Below are positions 61,819 through 64,000 of a stretch of 64,000 nt of DNA, piece by piece. This DNA is from Tubulanus polymorphus (lineage: Eukaryota; Animalia; Nemertea): NCBI RefSeq assembly GCF_964204645.1, contig NC_134027.1:27743849-27807848 (forward strand), in the 5' to 3' direction. Within the stretch, counting starts at the first letter, position 1, and each line of letters opens with the position of its first letter. The translations under genes were made by a program, and so were the position numbers. The notes under the pieces were generated by a model. The model was not told the origin of the DNA. It saw only the letters and a program-made list of their open reading frames with translations, and made no database searches.

Positions 61819-63627
61819 TTAATCATAAATCGTATCGGTCGCCGATAAATGGATAATAGATGGCGCTTTTCTAAATTTACGAATGAGTTTCTGTACAAGT
61901 CGACCGCCCCGATCTTCGCAGAGTAAAGCCACGTCTAATCGACGGAACCACTGAACTACGACCCTAGTATCGTCATCCAGATCAGCCTGAACGGACATAG
62001 CGGCGATTAGATAGTTTACCAGTAAAATAGACGTGAAATAGAAATACGTGATGTAAGCTATTCCGTCAGGAGGATCAACTTCCGTACCGATATCTGTGAC
62101 TCCATTCTCTAAAATAAACATCGTATACAATCCATTCCCGATAGAATTATAGGCCGACGAATAGGCGTAAACCTGACTGAAATATCCGACCTGAAATATC
62201 AGTTTTACCACTATCGATATCACCGTGTAATACAACATTATCGAGATCATTTTCTGCAAAACGATAGCAAAAATACCGATAAAAGGTAAAATCTCGATAA
62301 TGTATAAACCACTCATTATAGTGAGTGGAATATAGAACGCTTTCATCACACGAATAAAATTCATTACTGTCGCAAGATCATCGGATACGGAAAAGACTAT
62401 AACAGCCGTTAGAAAACATATCAAATTCAATATGAATTGAATGACGCGATAGAAATAGGTAAAACTGAGATAGTTGTTCTGAATAGGTAAACCTAGACCT
62501 TTATACGATAATCTCCTCTCTTTATCCACGATACGATATATCATTTCTAAAATATCACACAATACCATAAACCCGCATACGAATAACAGAGCACAAATAA
62601 ATATACTGAACCTTACTTCAGTGCTGTCACCCTGGATCCCCGCGCAGTCGCTGTTGTTAGATTGCGCCGATAGGCGGCAGTACTCTAATTGCGGCATTAA
62701 CTTCAAAACAGCCGGATCAACGTAGATTAAACAAATCAGAAAAAACAACCGTAAAATAAACCAGATAAAAATAAAGGGTAAATTCTTATAGAATTTAAGT
62801 TTGATCCAGTGATTGAGGATGACATTGTGATGTAATTTAAAATCCAAATATCGTTGGACATTTTGTTTTTCAGTGTAAAGTAACATTCTTAAAGGTGATC
62901 GAATTTCTCGCCTGTAATTCTCATACGACTCGTAATCAGTGATATCATAGGTTAACGTTTTATAAAGACCTCTCTCATCTCTGTCGATGATGTACAATTC
63001 TTCCGTTTCTAATATCAACTGGAAAAGTCCGAACGATTGACATTTTGCCGCTAATTCTAAAGGTCTAAAATAATCTTCATCTTCTGTTGTAAGTAACTGT
63101 AATTTCTGCGCATGCGTTATCTTACTCATTATATATTTATATATTTCAATCATTTTCTCTTCCTGTGACTGACAATAAGTCGTTATAATTAAAGCATGTA
63201 TACAATTCCTATTCCCTTTACAAATACTCGTGATGTCAACGCCATCTTTTAGCAGTTTTTCTAATATACCTTTAGCGCCAAAAACGCAAGCTAACAATAT
63301 CGGCAGTTTAAAATCACCCGGTTTCCGATCAACTGAACTTTTACTTTCCGAGTGAAATACTCCGTTTATCAATGCTTCGAATTCCTGCGACTTAACGCCA
63401 TTCTTCAGATTATCATAAGCAGTGACGTCATCGTGTCTAATGATGTCGTACCAGTATCTGTAATACGGAAGTAGGAGTCTGCGCACTGCGGGACTGACAT
63501 CTTCCGCTTTCTGAGGAGGGAAATCTATTAGAGCCGTTTTAGTTTTATCAACGGCTTTATTTGTACCGCAGTATTTACCAACTAAATGATCCAATACATC
63601 TACAACAGAAACATTAAAACAACTCAT
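61819..63627 (-). CDS. Intronless TRPV-like cation channel (ankyrin repeats + 6TM)
   Basis: 602-aa ORF with ankyrin-like LPILLACVFG..GNRNCIHAL and FRPLELAAK, linker LYKTLTYDITDYE, six hydrophobic segments, S6 ILLVNYLIAAMS and TRP-helix-like QWFRRLDVALLCE. Confidence 0.8.
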   Translation of the reverse strand: MSCFNVSVVDVLDHLVGKYCGTNKAVDKTKTALIDFPPQKAEDVSPAVRRLLLPYYRYWYDIIRHDDVTAYDNLKNGVKSQEFEALINGVFHSESKSSVDRKPGDFKLPILLACVFGAKGILEKLLKDGVDITSICKGNRNCIHALIITTYCQSQEEKMIEIYKYIMSKITHAQKLQLLTTEDEDYFRPLELAAKCQSFGLFQLILETEELYIIDRDERGLYKTLTYDITDYESYENYRREIRSPLRMLLYTEKQNVQRYLDFKLHHNVILNHWIKLKFYKNLPFIFIWFILRLFFLICLIYVDPAVLKLMPQLEYCRLSAQSNNSDCAGIQGDSTEVRFSIFICALLFVCGFMVLCDILEMIYRIVDKERRLSYKGLGLPIQNNYLSFTYFYRVIQFILNLICFLTAVIVFSVSDDLATVMNFIRVMKAFYIPLTIMSGLYIIEILPFIGIFAIVLQKMISIMLYYTVISIVVKLIFQVGYFSQVYAYSSAYNSIGNGLYTMFILENGVTDIGTEVDPPDGIAYITYFYFTSILLVNYLIAAMSVQADLDDDTRVVVQWFRRLDVALLCEDRGGRLVQKLIRKFRKAPSIIHLSATDTIYD

Positions 63628-64000
63628 TCAAATATGAGTTTTATTCCCAGTTCTACAGCGAGTCTAGTTTGACTCTTCAGAAAAACAAATCAGTTAATAT
63701 CTTGATTAACTCTGCTAAATCTTAACTGACGAAGATTTGACTTTGGAAGTTAAGAGATTGGAAATTAACTAATTCTAACTAATTCAAGTCAAACTTAAGC
63801 AACAAATATGGAAATAAACTATCAATTAATCTCTTCAATCGGACAAGATCGAAATCTTTTATTTACCTTGATCGGCGCCAACAGTTGTGTGCTCCTGGGT
63901 CATTTTTACTGAAGATGTTGAATTATTTCCACTAGTAGGGTGAACTTTCTGTAAACTGGTCATTTCAAGACGACGTCTTACACTACCACACGAGACATTT

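Overview
AT-rich, intron-dense animal genomic DNA, probably a lophotrochozoan invertebrate (inferred from gene content only). Six protein-coding genes can be built by hand. (1) A large adhesion GPCR on the minus strand (~2.3-20.2 kb) with a Thr/Ser stalk, about six LamG/pentraxin-like repeats, GAIN/GPS and 7TM. (2) CDK10 (minus, 24.6-29.9 kb). (3) Sowondowah/SOWAH (plus, 31.1-46.8 kb), head-to-head with CDK10. (4) An intronless FMRFamide-receptor-like rhodopsin GPCR (minus, 50.6-51.7 kb). (5) An Iroquois/Irx homeobox gene (minus, 53.3-59.5 kb). (6) An intronless TRPV-like channel (minus, 61.8-63.6 kb). Sowah next to Irx matches the known ancient bilaterian regulatory block. Two signals are invisible in the ORF track. 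First, five Sowah microexons (12, 3, 3, 3, 3 nt) complete the ankyrin motifs. Second, a family of minimal type I hammerhead-ribozyme motifs, including a 7x69-bp tandem array upstream of Irx and a copy in a hairpin insertion with a 20-bp target-site duplication in a CDK10 intron. Introns hold many minisatellites and MITEs, and most short ORFs in the track are repeat artefacts. Exon boundaries were read by eye and need RNA-seq confirmation.
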